NCBI GenBank assembly: GCA_030141605.1
Contig: JAQGDQ010000012.1
Span: 124,001-188,000 of the forward strand
DNA length: 64,000 nucleotides
Source of the DNA: Tubiluchus corallicola
Taxonomy: Eukaryota > Animalia > Priapulida
Direction: 5' to 3'
This document shows positions 55,401 through 64,000 of the stretch, piece by piece; the stretch's first letter is position 1; every line of letters starts with the position of its first letter. The notes below the pieces were generated by a model. The model worked only from the letters and a program-made list of their open reading frames with translations, had not been told where the DNA came from and searched no databases. A program made the position numbers and the translations under genes.

Positions 55401-57023
55401 GTTAAAAAACCATTTTGCAAGGTGGGGTTTACCAAGTGTGGTATTTTCGGACAATGGACCACAATTTTCATGTCAGCAATTTGCCAGTTTTGCAGAAGAA
55501 TGGGACTTTCAACACATAACAAGCTCTCCAGGTTATGCACAAAGTAATGGAATGGCAGAGTTGGCTGTTAAGACTACAAAGAATTTAAAATGCAAAGCTG
55601 TTGAGAGTGGAAGAGATCCTTACGTAGCAGTTATGGAATATAGAAATACACCTACTCAAGATACTGGACTCAGTCCTGCTCAGAGAATGCTTGGACGACG
55701 AACTCGTACATCCATTCCTATGTGCTTCCAACGAAATCAAGTCTTCTTGAACCTCAGGGTATTGACAGCGATCAAGTATGACAAAATAAAAGACTTAGCA
55801 ATTTGAGAAGCAAGTGGTACTATGATCAACATAGCAAGGACCTTCAACCCTTCAAAAAAGGTCAATAAGATTAATATTGTATTTTGACAAAGTTAAAATT
55901 CATGTTAGTTGAGTTAAAGTAACAGAGTAGCAAAATTTAGCTATTGAATTTTTAGTCATTATATATACACATTTAATGTCTAATTTAAGTTGGTACCAGT
56001 AGTTCATGGTTCATAGTATGTGCTTACAGTAATTTGATCTTTGTCATTTTTAGATTTTCCAAGTTCACTGTGATTGCAAAAGTTCAAGTTTAATTGTTCT
56101 ACTTTCAATTTGTAATATATACCGTAAACTAAAAGAAGCGGCATGTAACAATATCTGGCACTATTTTAATACGGACTTCTTGTTCGTCAAATTATGATAT
56201 AAAGTATTATTTCTAATTAATCCATCTCTTCGTGTTTATCCTTATTTACGGTGTTGTGGGGGCGGTGCCTATAACGACTGGCTTGCCCATTCAACTGTGG
56301 GTGTAGTAGTGGATATTGTTACACCATATTGCTTCATGTGTTTCAATACACTTACTATTTTTCTTTGAAGTATGTCATGATCCTATCATCGTACTGCCTT
56401 TTTAGTGCATCATTTACTTAAACAATTATAGTCATGTAATTTTTACAGTCAAATAATTACAATGGCTTCTGGTGATGCTTTAGGGCTGCTTACGATGCAG
56501 AATGCTATCACCAGCGCCATCGTGCAGGAGCTGTACCAACTGCTAGTACTTCGAGCTTTAATCGTTCATTTACATCAACTCAGGAAGACAAAGGCAAAAA
56601 ACGAACAAGTATACGTGTAAGTAATTAAATAACTAATACTACATAAATCGGTAAACAGGAGTAAGTCTCTATTTATGAAGAGGTGCTCAAAAGAAGATAC
56701 TCTGGCTTACAAGGGTAAATGACGGGGACGAAAATGTTATTAGTTGTTTGAATACATTTGCAAAATCGTTACAATTGCATTTGATATCACCTTCATAATG
56801 ATGATAAACTGTATGTATTCAATTTTAGGGTTCTTTGGGGAAAGCATTTGGACGTAAACACAAGCACGAGAAACAGAATGTGTCAACGAGTAACCTCAGT
56901 ACAATCAGCTCACCGGCAGCCATTTCCACTCCAAAAATCTCTGCTGAGGAGTACAAGCAGAAGTCACAAAGCATGATACTGGATCGTCCAGCATCTTATT
57001 TGTTTGAAGGTACAACAGTGTGA
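28159..57023 (+). CDS. KAZN: Kazrin-like protein (liprin-related; coiled coil plus three SAM domains), 15 coding exons, about 1196 aa
   Basis: join(28159..29410, 42178..42303, 43867..43985, 47142..47253, 47496..47678, 48161..48321, 49200..49440, 49603..49848, 50371..50573, 50759..50871, 51128..51362, 51810..51914, 52156..52322, 56484..56616, 56829..57023) = 3591 nt, all GT-AG, phases compatible. Kazrin-like motifs: MVDSNKCLAARVDGSMRAANEQLNGLKAELADTNKR, MRVDRKKLRIEKLDLLNQMKQLYGMLEDKDHELRDFIRNYEQ, SAM1 (W..ATLLAWLE..ENVKSGKVL), SAM2 (WMRSIGLSQH..LVDGRVLNTL), SAM3 (VWTNHRFIQWLKNIDL.EYA..L..SGVHGAL). The link between exon 1 and exon 2 is inferred from phase only. Confidence 0.9.
31077..31149 (-). 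pseudogene. Degenerate tRNA-like sequence (tRNA-derived SINE head or pseudo-tRNA)
   Basis: 73 nt GGACATGTAGTCTAGTGGTTATGATGTTCGGCTTGAAAGCAAAAAGTTCATGGTTTATATCCAGGTTTTGTCC: A-box TAGTCTAGTGG, decayed B-box GGTTTATATCC, GGACA/TGTCC terminal pairing; anticodon and T stems broken. Confidence 0.55.
32650..32782. repeat. CT-rich low-complexity tract
   Basis: Seen directly. Confidence 0.9.
33448..33520. mobile_element. hAT-like left-end remnant
   Basis: CAGAGTTGGAACCGGGTCACGGG followed by tgacc/gacccg subterminal motifs; no partner end found. Confidence 0.4.
33788..33878. repeat. (CAC/CAT/CAA)n tract
   Basis: Seen directly. Confidence 0.9.
35733..35835. repeat. (CGT/CAT)n tract
   Basis: Seen directly. 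Confidence 0.88.
39344..39422. repeat. (TTTC)n microsatellite
   Basis: Seen directly. Confidence 0.97.
40338..40410. repeat. (CT)n microsatellite
   Basis: Seen directly. Confidence 0.97.
42178..42303 (+). CDS. KAZN: Kazrin-like exon 2
   Basis: ttttcag|CA ATT ... ACA G|gtacgt; reads IESLDFVNNQILLFLANPEKRAALEAVQTAEDQSRKRDTFT. Confidence 0.8.
43867..43985 (+). CDS. KAZN: Kazrin-like exon 3 (start of conserved kazrin N-terminal region)
   Basis: ttgcag|CA TCT ... AAT GAG|gtatct; reads LLLMRKLLLDAQLKFRKMVDSNKCLAARVDGSMRAANE. Confidence 0.92.
44562..44650. repeat. Diverged tandem duplication, about 44 bp x2
   Basis: atctgcttcgtgcaatatatgaaccaaaagcaagtaattaattc followed by atctgcttcatgtaatatacgaatcaacatcaagtaattaattc. 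Confidence 0.8.
47142..47253 (+). CDS. KAZN: Kazrin-like exon 4
   Basis: tttgtctag|CAA TTA ... TCA A|gtaaac; reads QLNGLKAELADTNKRIMELNIK. Confidence 0.88.
47496..47678 (+). CDS. KAZN: Kazrin-like exon 5
   Basis: tgtag|TA CTT ... TCT A|gtaggt; overlaps ORF 47540..47728. Confidence 0.8.
48161..48321 (+). CDS. KAZN: Kazrin-like exon 6 (coiled coil)
   Basis: gacag|GC ATG AGA ... CGA|gtaaca; contains LRDFIRNYEQ. Confidence 0.93.
49200..49440 (+). CDS. KAZN: Kazrin-like exon 7 (coiled coil)
   Basis: ttcag|TTA GCC ... ACA G|gtgaca; contains EKEKWALLRRAHEASEQVVLLRAQLDMKE. Confidence 0.92.
49603..49848 (+). CDS. KAZN: Kazrin-like exon 8 (basic linker, KRQKKFGGSLTRLFGRRQRKSFDPSL)
   Basis: tttcag|GA ACT ... 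AAA G|gtgagt; resembles the kazrin GSISRVFARGKQRKSLDP segment as I recall it. Confidence 0.9.
50371..50573 (+). CDS. KAZN: Kazrin-like exon 9 (SAM1, N-terminal part)
   Basis: ttttag|AA GCA ... GGA AAG|gtttgt. Confidence 0.92.
50759..50871 (+). CDS. KAZN: Kazrin-like exon 10 (SAM1, C-terminal part)
   Basis: tttcag|GTA TTA ... TTA TG|gtattt; contains MHRKKLRQAVDD. Confidence 0.92.
51128..51362 (+). CDS. KAZN: Kazrin-like exon 11 (SAM2)
   Basis: ttgcag|C AAA ... AAA CAT|gtaagt. Confidence 0.93.
51458..51530 (+). repeat. Degenerate TTAGGG/TTAGG-like interstitial tract in kazrin intron 11
   Basis: gggttaaggattagggtagggttaacttagggtctggattacggttagggtttgggttagg. Confidence 0.7.
51810..51914 (+). 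CDS. KAZN: Kazrin-like exon 12 (SAM3, N-terminal part)
   Basis: ttacag|CTA CTC ... CTT GAT|gtaaaa; contains VLVWTNHRFIQWLKNIDL. Confidence 0.92.
52156..52322 (+). CDS. KAZN: Kazrin-like exon 13 (SAM3, C-terminal part)
   Basis: tttcag|GAA TAT ... GCT AG|gtgagc; contains SGVHGALVVMETTFTADAMAAILNIPASKNTVRKHL. Confidence 0.93.
52451..52633 (+). repeat. 5' LTR (183 bp)
   Basis: tgtaacaatatccggcactattttaat...catatcaaaaca; direct repeat of the sequence starting at 56144; immediately followed by the PBS. Confidence 0.9.
52634..52648 (+). other. Primer-binding site, probably tRNA-Leu
   Basis: TGGTGGCAACGGTGG directly after the LTR; one mismatch from the complement of the eukaryotic tRNA-Leu(AAG/TAG) 3' end (TGGTGGCAGCGGTGG) as recalled. 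Confidence 0.8.
52785..55860 (+). pseudogene. Disrupted gag-pol of the Gypsy element
   Basis: Fragmented into ORFs 53110..53391, 53388..53690, 54189..54761, 54917..55264 and 55303..55806 by stops and frameshifts. The RT catalytic xxDD reads VSDY. RNase H appears deleted near 54900. Confidence 0.9.
56144..56323 (+). repeat. 3' LTR, rearranged (about 56-bp deletion; terminal 60 bp not shared with the 5' LTR)
   Basis: Aligns to the 5' LTR up to about 56260; lacks the counterpart of 52488..52543; ends in ggatattgttaca. Right boundary uncertain. Confidence 0.75.
56484..56616 (+). CDS. KAZN: Kazrin-like exon 14
   Basis: ctttag|G GCT ... ATA CGT|gtaagt; open frame, phase 2 to 0 as the flanking exons require. 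Confidence 0.82.
56829..57023 (+). CDS. KAZN: Kazrin-like terminal exon 15 (ends ...FEGTTV*)
   Basis: ttttag|GGT TCT TTG GGG AAA GCA TTT GGA; ORF 56835..57023; TGA stop. Confidence 0.86.
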   Translation, partial: GSLGKAFGRKHKHEKQNVSTSNLSTISSPAAISTPKISAEEYKQKSQSMILDRPASYLFEGTTV

Positions 57024-58623
57024 AAAATTATAAAAAAATAGTAACACCTAGTGGATTAGCCAAGACTATAAAACAACTGTGATGCAGTAAGGAGCAGAGA
57101 ATGACGATTATTGAAAGAAAGAATAAAACATGCATACAAACAAAAATTGCATCACTAGCAAAGGAAGATGCACAATGTCCACTCAAGATGCAACTGGAGT
57201 TATAATGCTTATCAGCAGAAACTTTCTGATGTTTCGTTGACTTTAAAAGTAACTTGTCCATCTTTTCATTCTGCTTTTACTTTGCTGTTGTTTGCTAAAT
57301 GAGCTTATCAACTAACTTCTGAAGTTAGTAATAAAATAAATGAAATAATATTATCTATGGAAGAGATCTAAATTCTCAAAATAAGATTTTATGACTCAGC
57401 CCCCCCCCCCCCAATTGTTGGCATCGGAACATGAAACATGGCATAGGCAGGCATGGACATGAAATAAAAAATGATCAAAAATTTTAAAAAAATTAATGAA
57501 GATTGAACACAATAAAAGCTTTGCTTGATTTCGTGTCTTGTCTGGTGTTGCATGCTAATACATTTATGGTGCCTCAAACTGATTTGAATACATGTTAAAA
57601 CTAGTGTAATTCATAAATAAAATTATACTGATTGACAAGTGGTCATGGAGCTTAACTGGAAATGAACAGAGGTTTTACTTATAGTTGGCAGTGGATATAT
57701 TTACAATAACTTTGAACAAAAAAGTATGCAATTAATGTTAATATTTATTCATTATATTGGTTACTTAATACCTGCTGCCTCCAAGAATGTGTCATCTATA
57801 TGTACACATTTCTTTGTAAATTTGTAGTAATAATTAATAATTAGTTGCATTTTCTCATGTTTCATTTGATTATTTGAGCTCCAAGTCATAGCTTCCTAGT
57901 AACTTTATTTACATTTAATTTGCTAGCATGGTTGTAGCCACGTTAATGTGGCTCCCATCATTAGTTATACTGAATGTGCATTTAGACCTAAAAAGAACTT
58001 AGTATGCTTTATGCTTATGTAATTTATTGTAATTTAATTCACTCAATTTATTACACTTGAAGCACAAATTTTGAAATTTAACTGTGAATATTAATAGTCG
58101 TCTGTACATGTACTGATAATTTGTATTGCATATTTGTGTTTGCTACTGCCATTTATGTAATCATGGTGTCAGTGCAACACTCACTTTGCTGACAAAAACT
58201 TAAGTTTTCACAAAAATATTTCTACCTAGTTTTTTATTTAGATCTATAACTTTTATGTCAAATTTAATGTAATAAACATAATAAGTTTATAAATGTATAC
58301 AAACTATAATTTACGTTTGTCTGTTTAACTACCATTAAATTAACATAGCCCTATTTTGCTGAACAGTTGATAGAATAAAATACGTCAGCAGAAGCCGAAA
58401 TCAGTCGCAATTTTTATGCTTTTCTTTGAATTATGCAGTGTAGCTACATATACGAGCAGCTCTCATGTACTACTGCTCCCAGTTACGTGACAAATTTTTT
58501 GTATTGTTAATCATCCGTCATGGGGAGTCATGTCCTGTTTTATCGCAAAGCATGTTATGTTACAGCAGCAGGTGTGCATGCCTAGTAAACTGCATCCATG
58601 CTGTTAATTTTTTAAAATGTCTC

Positions 58624-61252
58624 TTAGTGAAAGCACTGCAATGGTCCCAAATAATGAACACCCACTTCTTCAGGATCTCCAGTGTCACCAAAGTAAAGTA
58701 CAGTAATTGGAAGATCGTCCATGTTGGTCAGTAAACCTTCATCCACTCTTGGCACATTGTCGTTATTCTGACATTCACATTTTTTCTGGCCAGCACACGA
58801 TCCTGCGATAAATAATAATAGCTAGTTTCTAACTTTCACATCAGACTAATTTATGTTTTGTCATGAACCGAACTGAACATTGAATAATGGAGGATGGGAG
58901 CTAGGTACATGAGGATATAGTGTTAATTGCTGGTAGACGAAAACCTAAAATTCTATCAGCTAACGTACCATTGATTCCGCACCAGCAGGTGTCAATAACG
59001 TTTTCTTTATTCCAGTATTTCTGCTTTCTACCATCCCATGTTAACCAAGCTCCATTGTCATTCAAAACAGAGCCAACGCAGTGGTACTGAAACCAGAAAA
59101 GCCTCGTAAACATGAGAGTTTCTTATGATATTACTAATTAGTACATACGGGGCATTTACGCTTAAACCAAAGTTGCAGATGCTGCACGTGAAAAGCTTCA
59201 CCATTATACGTGACAACCCTCAACAGGCCTGTTACAAACCACAAAACAAGAGCACCAGAAGAAGGTACTCTATTATGATGCTGACGAAGAAAGCGACGAA
59301 AATAATTGTCAGTGGTGACAACAATGATGAGTGTAATGATGACGACGATAGTCACGATAATGTTAAAAAGCAGAAAGCTATCGTGTCGCATTTCACTTAC
59401 AGATACGGATCCAGTAGAAGGGTATTAGGCCAAGCAAAAAGGAATTTGTTCCCCTACAAGCAGAGGTCTAATGCCAATGATACACCATAGCGCTCAGCAT
59501 CTGCTTCCAGCGTCCGCGCCTAGTTGCTGCCAGCATCTTGCGTTTACCGTTCACCGGGTAATAAAAATAAACATCTGACTTATTTTCTTAGTAGGAAAAC
59601 AAAATGGACGAACATAAAATTATTTTTGCAATGCTTTCTTTTTTAGTTACTTATTTGCGTAATAATTCGCCGCCGCAGACAACGTAAATGTTTTGTGTTT
59701 GGCTGGTTGAGGAACAGACGCTGGTAGCCAGAAGCACAGTTTCTATTTTCCAGTGTCTGTTGCCAAAACTTTGGTTTTATCACTCATTGAAAATATGCAT
59801 TTATTTCTTGCTTCGAGAAATTGGACGCCTAAGTCGGTGCCTAAAACAATCTATGTATTGTACAAACATAAGTGGCATCTTTTACTAGCATAATAAGATT
59901 GCATCAATCCAGTTATGTAATTAAAATTGAGACGAGGTCACGTCGCAACTTTTCGGGCTGCTTTACGTCTAAATCATTAACTCTGTTTACATAAGCAGAA
60001 AATACTCTACCCGCAGGACATTACGGGGTGGACTTTCCGTGACTAATTTTCTCTGATTGTAGTCTCAGAAGATCTGCACACATCTAGGTTACAAATTGTG
60101 TACACGACGTAAACAGGATGTATACCCTCTTTATATGTTTTTGCTACGCTCTACTGTCACAGCGCAGCTCTGACCAATGACATTCGTTACACAAGCTAAA
60201 TAACTCCATATCCCTACACAATTACTGTGTACGCATTAGTAAAAATGGACAAGATCATTAAAGGTGTGAAAGGATCAAGAAGATCCAGGACGCATCGTTT
60301 ATTTTCTCCGCAGTGCAAACGGCTAATAACCCCTTGAATTTTTAGTTCCACTCCACATAGGCTAGGTGATTTAATTACCCTGTGAAAAATACACACTGCT
60401 CTTCCACTGGATGGACAAAGAAAAAGTGCTTGATTAAGGTTTTATGTTATTTTTTGGTTCTGCTATAGCCAAGTCAACAACTGATAACAAGCCAACCCTT
60501 ACTGCCTACAACATGTTGATCCGTCCGGCTCCCTGTAGTCTTGTGTCTACACACTACAAATAATGATTGTAACGATGAATAACATGTTTTTGATGATCAT
60601 TGTGAAGCATTTTAAATGAATGAACTCACGGTCAGTCATCTAGATTTATCCCAGAATGAACGTCTAGTGAGTAAAGCAAATTTGCGAAATGATGAAAAAA
60701 TGACTGTGTAAACATGCAAGGTATATAACTAGTCCGTAAAACAAAATAAGCAACTAACGATGGGGTAATTGCTAAAATAGGAAAATATAAATCTAAAATT
60801 GTGATAATTCAGGTTTCACGCCAACAAAAGCTCTTTGTTTTTCGTAACATTGCAGATGTTTAGGTAGTCATCAAGAAATTTTGAAATAGGCCCTGCCCTT
60901 TTTCGCCGTGAAAACGTTTGAACTAAATCCAGATTAAAAGAGCCAGACAGTTTCCTTCTGGTGTTCAGATAACATGCCTAATTGTTACAGCAAGGTCTCG
61001 CGAATTCAGCAATATATAGATTTACAATGTCACTGATAGTGTAGCATACGTGTTGTTATTTTAATCGCTATTATTGCTGTATAAGTTCATGGCTCACTCG
61101 AAAGTACTGCTGACATTCAAGTGCAGTCTGCATGAACTCTCTTATTTTTGCTACATCCTCAGTATAGCTGATTTTTCTAGAGTATTCTTCTTGTCCTTCA
61201 AAACCATTAACTGCTATGTCTGTCATTGAATCATGGTGAAATTCAGTTATTC
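58624..61252 (-). CDS. 3' part (last three coding exons, about 150 aa) of a protein with a Caspr/CNTNAP/Neurexin-IV-type fibrinogen-like domain; 5' exons not identified
   Basis: join(complement 61098..61252, 58969..59086, 58624..58802), GT-AG, phases compatible. Reads ITEFHHDSMTDIAVNGFEGQEEYSRKISY...ECQQYFR|YHCVGSVL...AWLTWDGRKQKYW...CWCGIN|GSCAGQKKCECQNNDNVPRVDEGLLTNMDDLPITVLYFGDTG..EEVGVHYLGPLQCFH*. This matches the HDSE..V.GFE, CEQ..Y.C, YW..C.CG, CNCD..D.GLL..LPV...GDT and LGPL.C pattern I recall for the Caspr fibrinogen-like domain. Confidence 0.85.
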
Positions 61253-61265
61253 CTGAAATAAAACA

Positions 61266-61382
61266 ATATATATATATTTATATATATATATTAAGGTATA
61301 TGTAACATATGTAAAATATATATATACTATATCTATATATATGTGTGTGTGTGTGTGTGTGCGCGCGCGCGTGCGTGCGTGC

Positions 61383-61426
<44 letters not shown>
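61266..61426. repeat. (TA)n followed by (GT)n(GC)n(GT)n alternating purine-pyrimidine tract
   Basis: Seen directly. Confidence 0.95.
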
Positions 61427-61429
<3 letters not shown>

Positions 61430-61534
61430 ATATGTTACTTATACATTACATCGCGGATTTAAGTAAATTTCTTCTGTATCAAATAAAATACATCATGTAT
61501 TGCTCGATGTTAGCGTACAACACATGAGCAAATG

Positions 61535-61610
61535 CAGAGCCGGACTAACGCGTAAGCAGACTAAGCACTTGCTTAGGTCACAGCACCAAGGCTCACGGGA
61601 CATCAAGCTG
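61535..61610. mobile_element. hAT-like MITE left-end remnant
   Basis: CAGAGCCGGACTAACG...ctaagcacttgcttag palindromic subterminal motif; right end not located. Confidence 0.4.
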
Positions 61611-64000
61611 GCAAAAAAATAAATTAAAAGCAGATAAAATGTTAATAAAGTATGTTAGATACCTTAAAAGTCTTTCACAGTTCAAAATGTGAGGTAGAGG
61701 ACTGCAGGAGACTAAGGCACCTTGGGGTTATTTTAACTTCCAGTTTACAACCATTATGGTTTTTTTGTTGGCATGCACCTACTTTTTTGTAGCTGATTCA
61801 TTTAATTAAAATTTCATTTTGAAGTTAATAAAGAATTTAAGTGGCATAAATTTTAGCCAAATAAAAACTGCTTGTCTATATTAGAAATACGTTATAAAGG
61901 TGCTAATATTAATAATGTGGTCACTAGATATAATACTGTCGCTTTTCATTGGTTACTGACACTTTGATTTATTGATCTTCCTATTTATTCAATTTAAACT
62001 CGGGATAGTTGATTGTATGGACATAGCACCCAATAGTTTATCAAACTTTTTAGAAAAATTATCTTTGCTTTTTTTCTATCTCTAACTATCTCTACAACTT
62101 ACCCCAAATCCCCAAACACTACCTTCGCTTTAATGGCTTGTTCAAAGTCACAAATTCTAACAATGCAAATAACTGCGTAACCAGATCTAGTACTTTATAG
62201 CACCATACGAACAACAGCTTTTAGTTGGAGTGAGATTCAATAAAAACAATAAGGTCATGGGTTAGTTAGAACTTAAAAACTATGAGAAGCTGAGCAAAGA
62301 AATTTGGTTAATACATGTATTTAGTACTAGATGACAGATTTTAGTGGGGTAAATGAGAGACCTTGGGCGAGTTCAAAGTGAGAGCTATAATAACAATTCG
62401 CAAGGAGTTGAACTATGAACATCCAAACATGGGCAACTTATACCATCAGAATATAAGCGATTTTGATTAAGTACCTTAAGTATGATTAAATAAATTAGAA
62501 GTAGAGTTTTGGAATTCTTAATAATAAGAGCAGTGTCAGTTTCATAAATAACCCACAACATAAAATTACCTGAAAATAATTGCTAGTGTGTAGTGGAAGC
62601 GTTAATTCTTTTAATGAGAATGTTTTAAATTATGACATGTTTAGCTAGATTTTGTTGATTATTACAGAATTTAGAGGATAATAATAATTATTAAGTGTAA
62701 ATCAGAAAATGTGAAAATTATAACTTAAAGTGCAAACCGGTGGAAGACTCGTCGAAATTACAAAAAGCTCTGATTTTCTCAAATGATTTTGCGTTCATAT
62801 CGAAATCATAAAAAGCGTTCTTGGTCATTCCTGCGTTTCGAATTTCTTGGCAGTTTCTTATTTGTTTTCTTTCTGTAAAGTAAAACAAAGCTTCACTTAG
62901 GGTAGGTTCACATTTATCTGACTACATCGGCAGAAATAGATAATAGCACATTGGATTAACTGAATAGCCAGGGACCCACAAATGTGAAGATACAAACGGC
63001 TTAAACAACAGAAATGATTCGAAGGGCTATACCTCGCTTTTTCCTGCCTGGAAAGGATTGCGATGCCAGATTTTTTTATCACGATGGATCTGGTTCGCGA
63101 TTGCAGGGCCTACTTCTTCAAAGGATAAATTATTCTTGATAAGCAAGTAATACGAAAAGTAGAGCTTCCTAAGGACCATTAACACTAACTGGTGTGGCAG
63201 TAAACTCCTAAATGTCGAGATGTCCAGCTCTGAATTACATATACAGCAAAACTCAAATAAAAACAACATTAAAACTAATATAACATTGTAAAAATAATAC
63301 ACATGCAATAAAACTAACCAAGAGAACTAATTAAAGAAGAGATTAATGAATGATAAACTGCACTAAACAAAACTAATACTTAAAAATAAGAAGCTAAAAA
63401 TGGTTACATGGAATTATGCAACTGGCGGATGAAAGCACATAGTAATTGATGATGTTGTAGATTACGCCTGCTATAATACGTTTTCAGTAAGTGGGTCCAG
63501 ATCAGACAACCATCAGAGAACTAACACTACACGTACACGTACAAATGACAGTACGAATGCTTTGCAGTATCGAATATACTAAACTATCATGTCATGACTA
63601 AAAAACCTTGCTAAGGTAAAATTGTTACGTGTACGTGTATTGTACGCGTAAATGCAATATTCTTTAAGTTCAGCTATTACAGTACTGGCTAGTCTTCTTC
63701 GTCAAAGTCTCGTGCCGATTGTTGTGACGCTGAGATATTACCATTTATTAGAGAACTCCGCCCACTCCTACTGTAGCTAACAGCATAAGTTCTACTCCTA
63801 AAGTTTGGCTGATCTTGTTGAACATCTTTATTTATCTTGGCTATCGAAGTATTCTTGGCTAGTAAGACAGTGTTTATAGCTAATAAGGAACAATGATGTT
63901 GCTTTTCAGCCTCTTTCCAGTCAAGACGTCATAATTTAGTATATTCAGTATTAGAAAGCGTTCGGTCATACTACTCATATCACAGTTATTAAGCAGTCAT

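Larger units (their letters stand above)
52451..56323 (+). mobile_element. Decayed Ty3/Gypsy LTR retrotransposon (Mag-like) in kazrin intron 13, sense orientation
   Basis: 5' LTR 52451..52633 (TG...CA), PBS, gag with tandem Cys/His knuckles (CEFCGRKH...C...CKKRFGFNHFASKC), protease VDSGANVN (about 53780), RT (ICIDPQALN, FSKFD, TTFQMPFGRYRWTRLPFGL), integrase (H..HLG...YWPRM...C..C; SDNGPQF; SPGYAQSNGMAE), purine tract aaaagaagcggca, and 3' LTR from 56144. Domain order PR-RT-IN is Gypsy-type. No clear TSD. Confidence 0.95.

Noticed and set aside
52785-55860. Domesticated or active gag-pol
   Set aside because: Multiple stops and frameshifts, mutated RT catalytic motif and missing RNase H.
62470-63310. 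Upstream exons of the Caspr-domain gene (ORFs 62897..63082, 63027..63308; acceptor near 62570)
   Set aside because: No frame gives the expected upstream motif (D.DG.G...PF.V.C) together with a phase-1 donor.

Overview
AT-rich eukaryotic genomic DNA from an invertebrate animal, probably bilaterian; the species cannot be determined from the sequence. Three spliced genes were reconstructed by hand from GT-AG sites with consistent intron phases. (1) A complete 4-exon TMEM47/VAB-9-like tetraspan junction gene on the minus strand (11152->5314, 202 aa). (2) A 15-exon kazrin-like gene on the plus strand (28159->57023, about 1196 aa) with a coiled coil, three SAM domains and a C-terminal T-x-V motif. 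Its model includes a 417-codon single-exon N-terminal extension that I cannot assign to a family. (3) The last three coding exons of a minus-strand gene encoding a Caspr/Neurexin-IV-type fibrinogen-like domain that stops right after the domain; its 5' part was not found in the window. A decayed Ty3/Gypsy (Mag-like) LTR retrotransposon with a rearranged 3' LTR lies in sense orientation in kazrin intron 13. The rest is introns and intergenic DNA with a 154-bp tandem array, MITE, LINE, SINE and Helitron-like remnants, and many microsatellites. No CRISPR, rRNA or intact tRNA was seen. I cannot demonstrate a new biological system. The best leads are the three adjacent junction-related genes, the kazrin N-terminal extension, the terminal Caspr-type domain protein and the odd LTR end. 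All family assignments rest on recalled motifs, not database searches.
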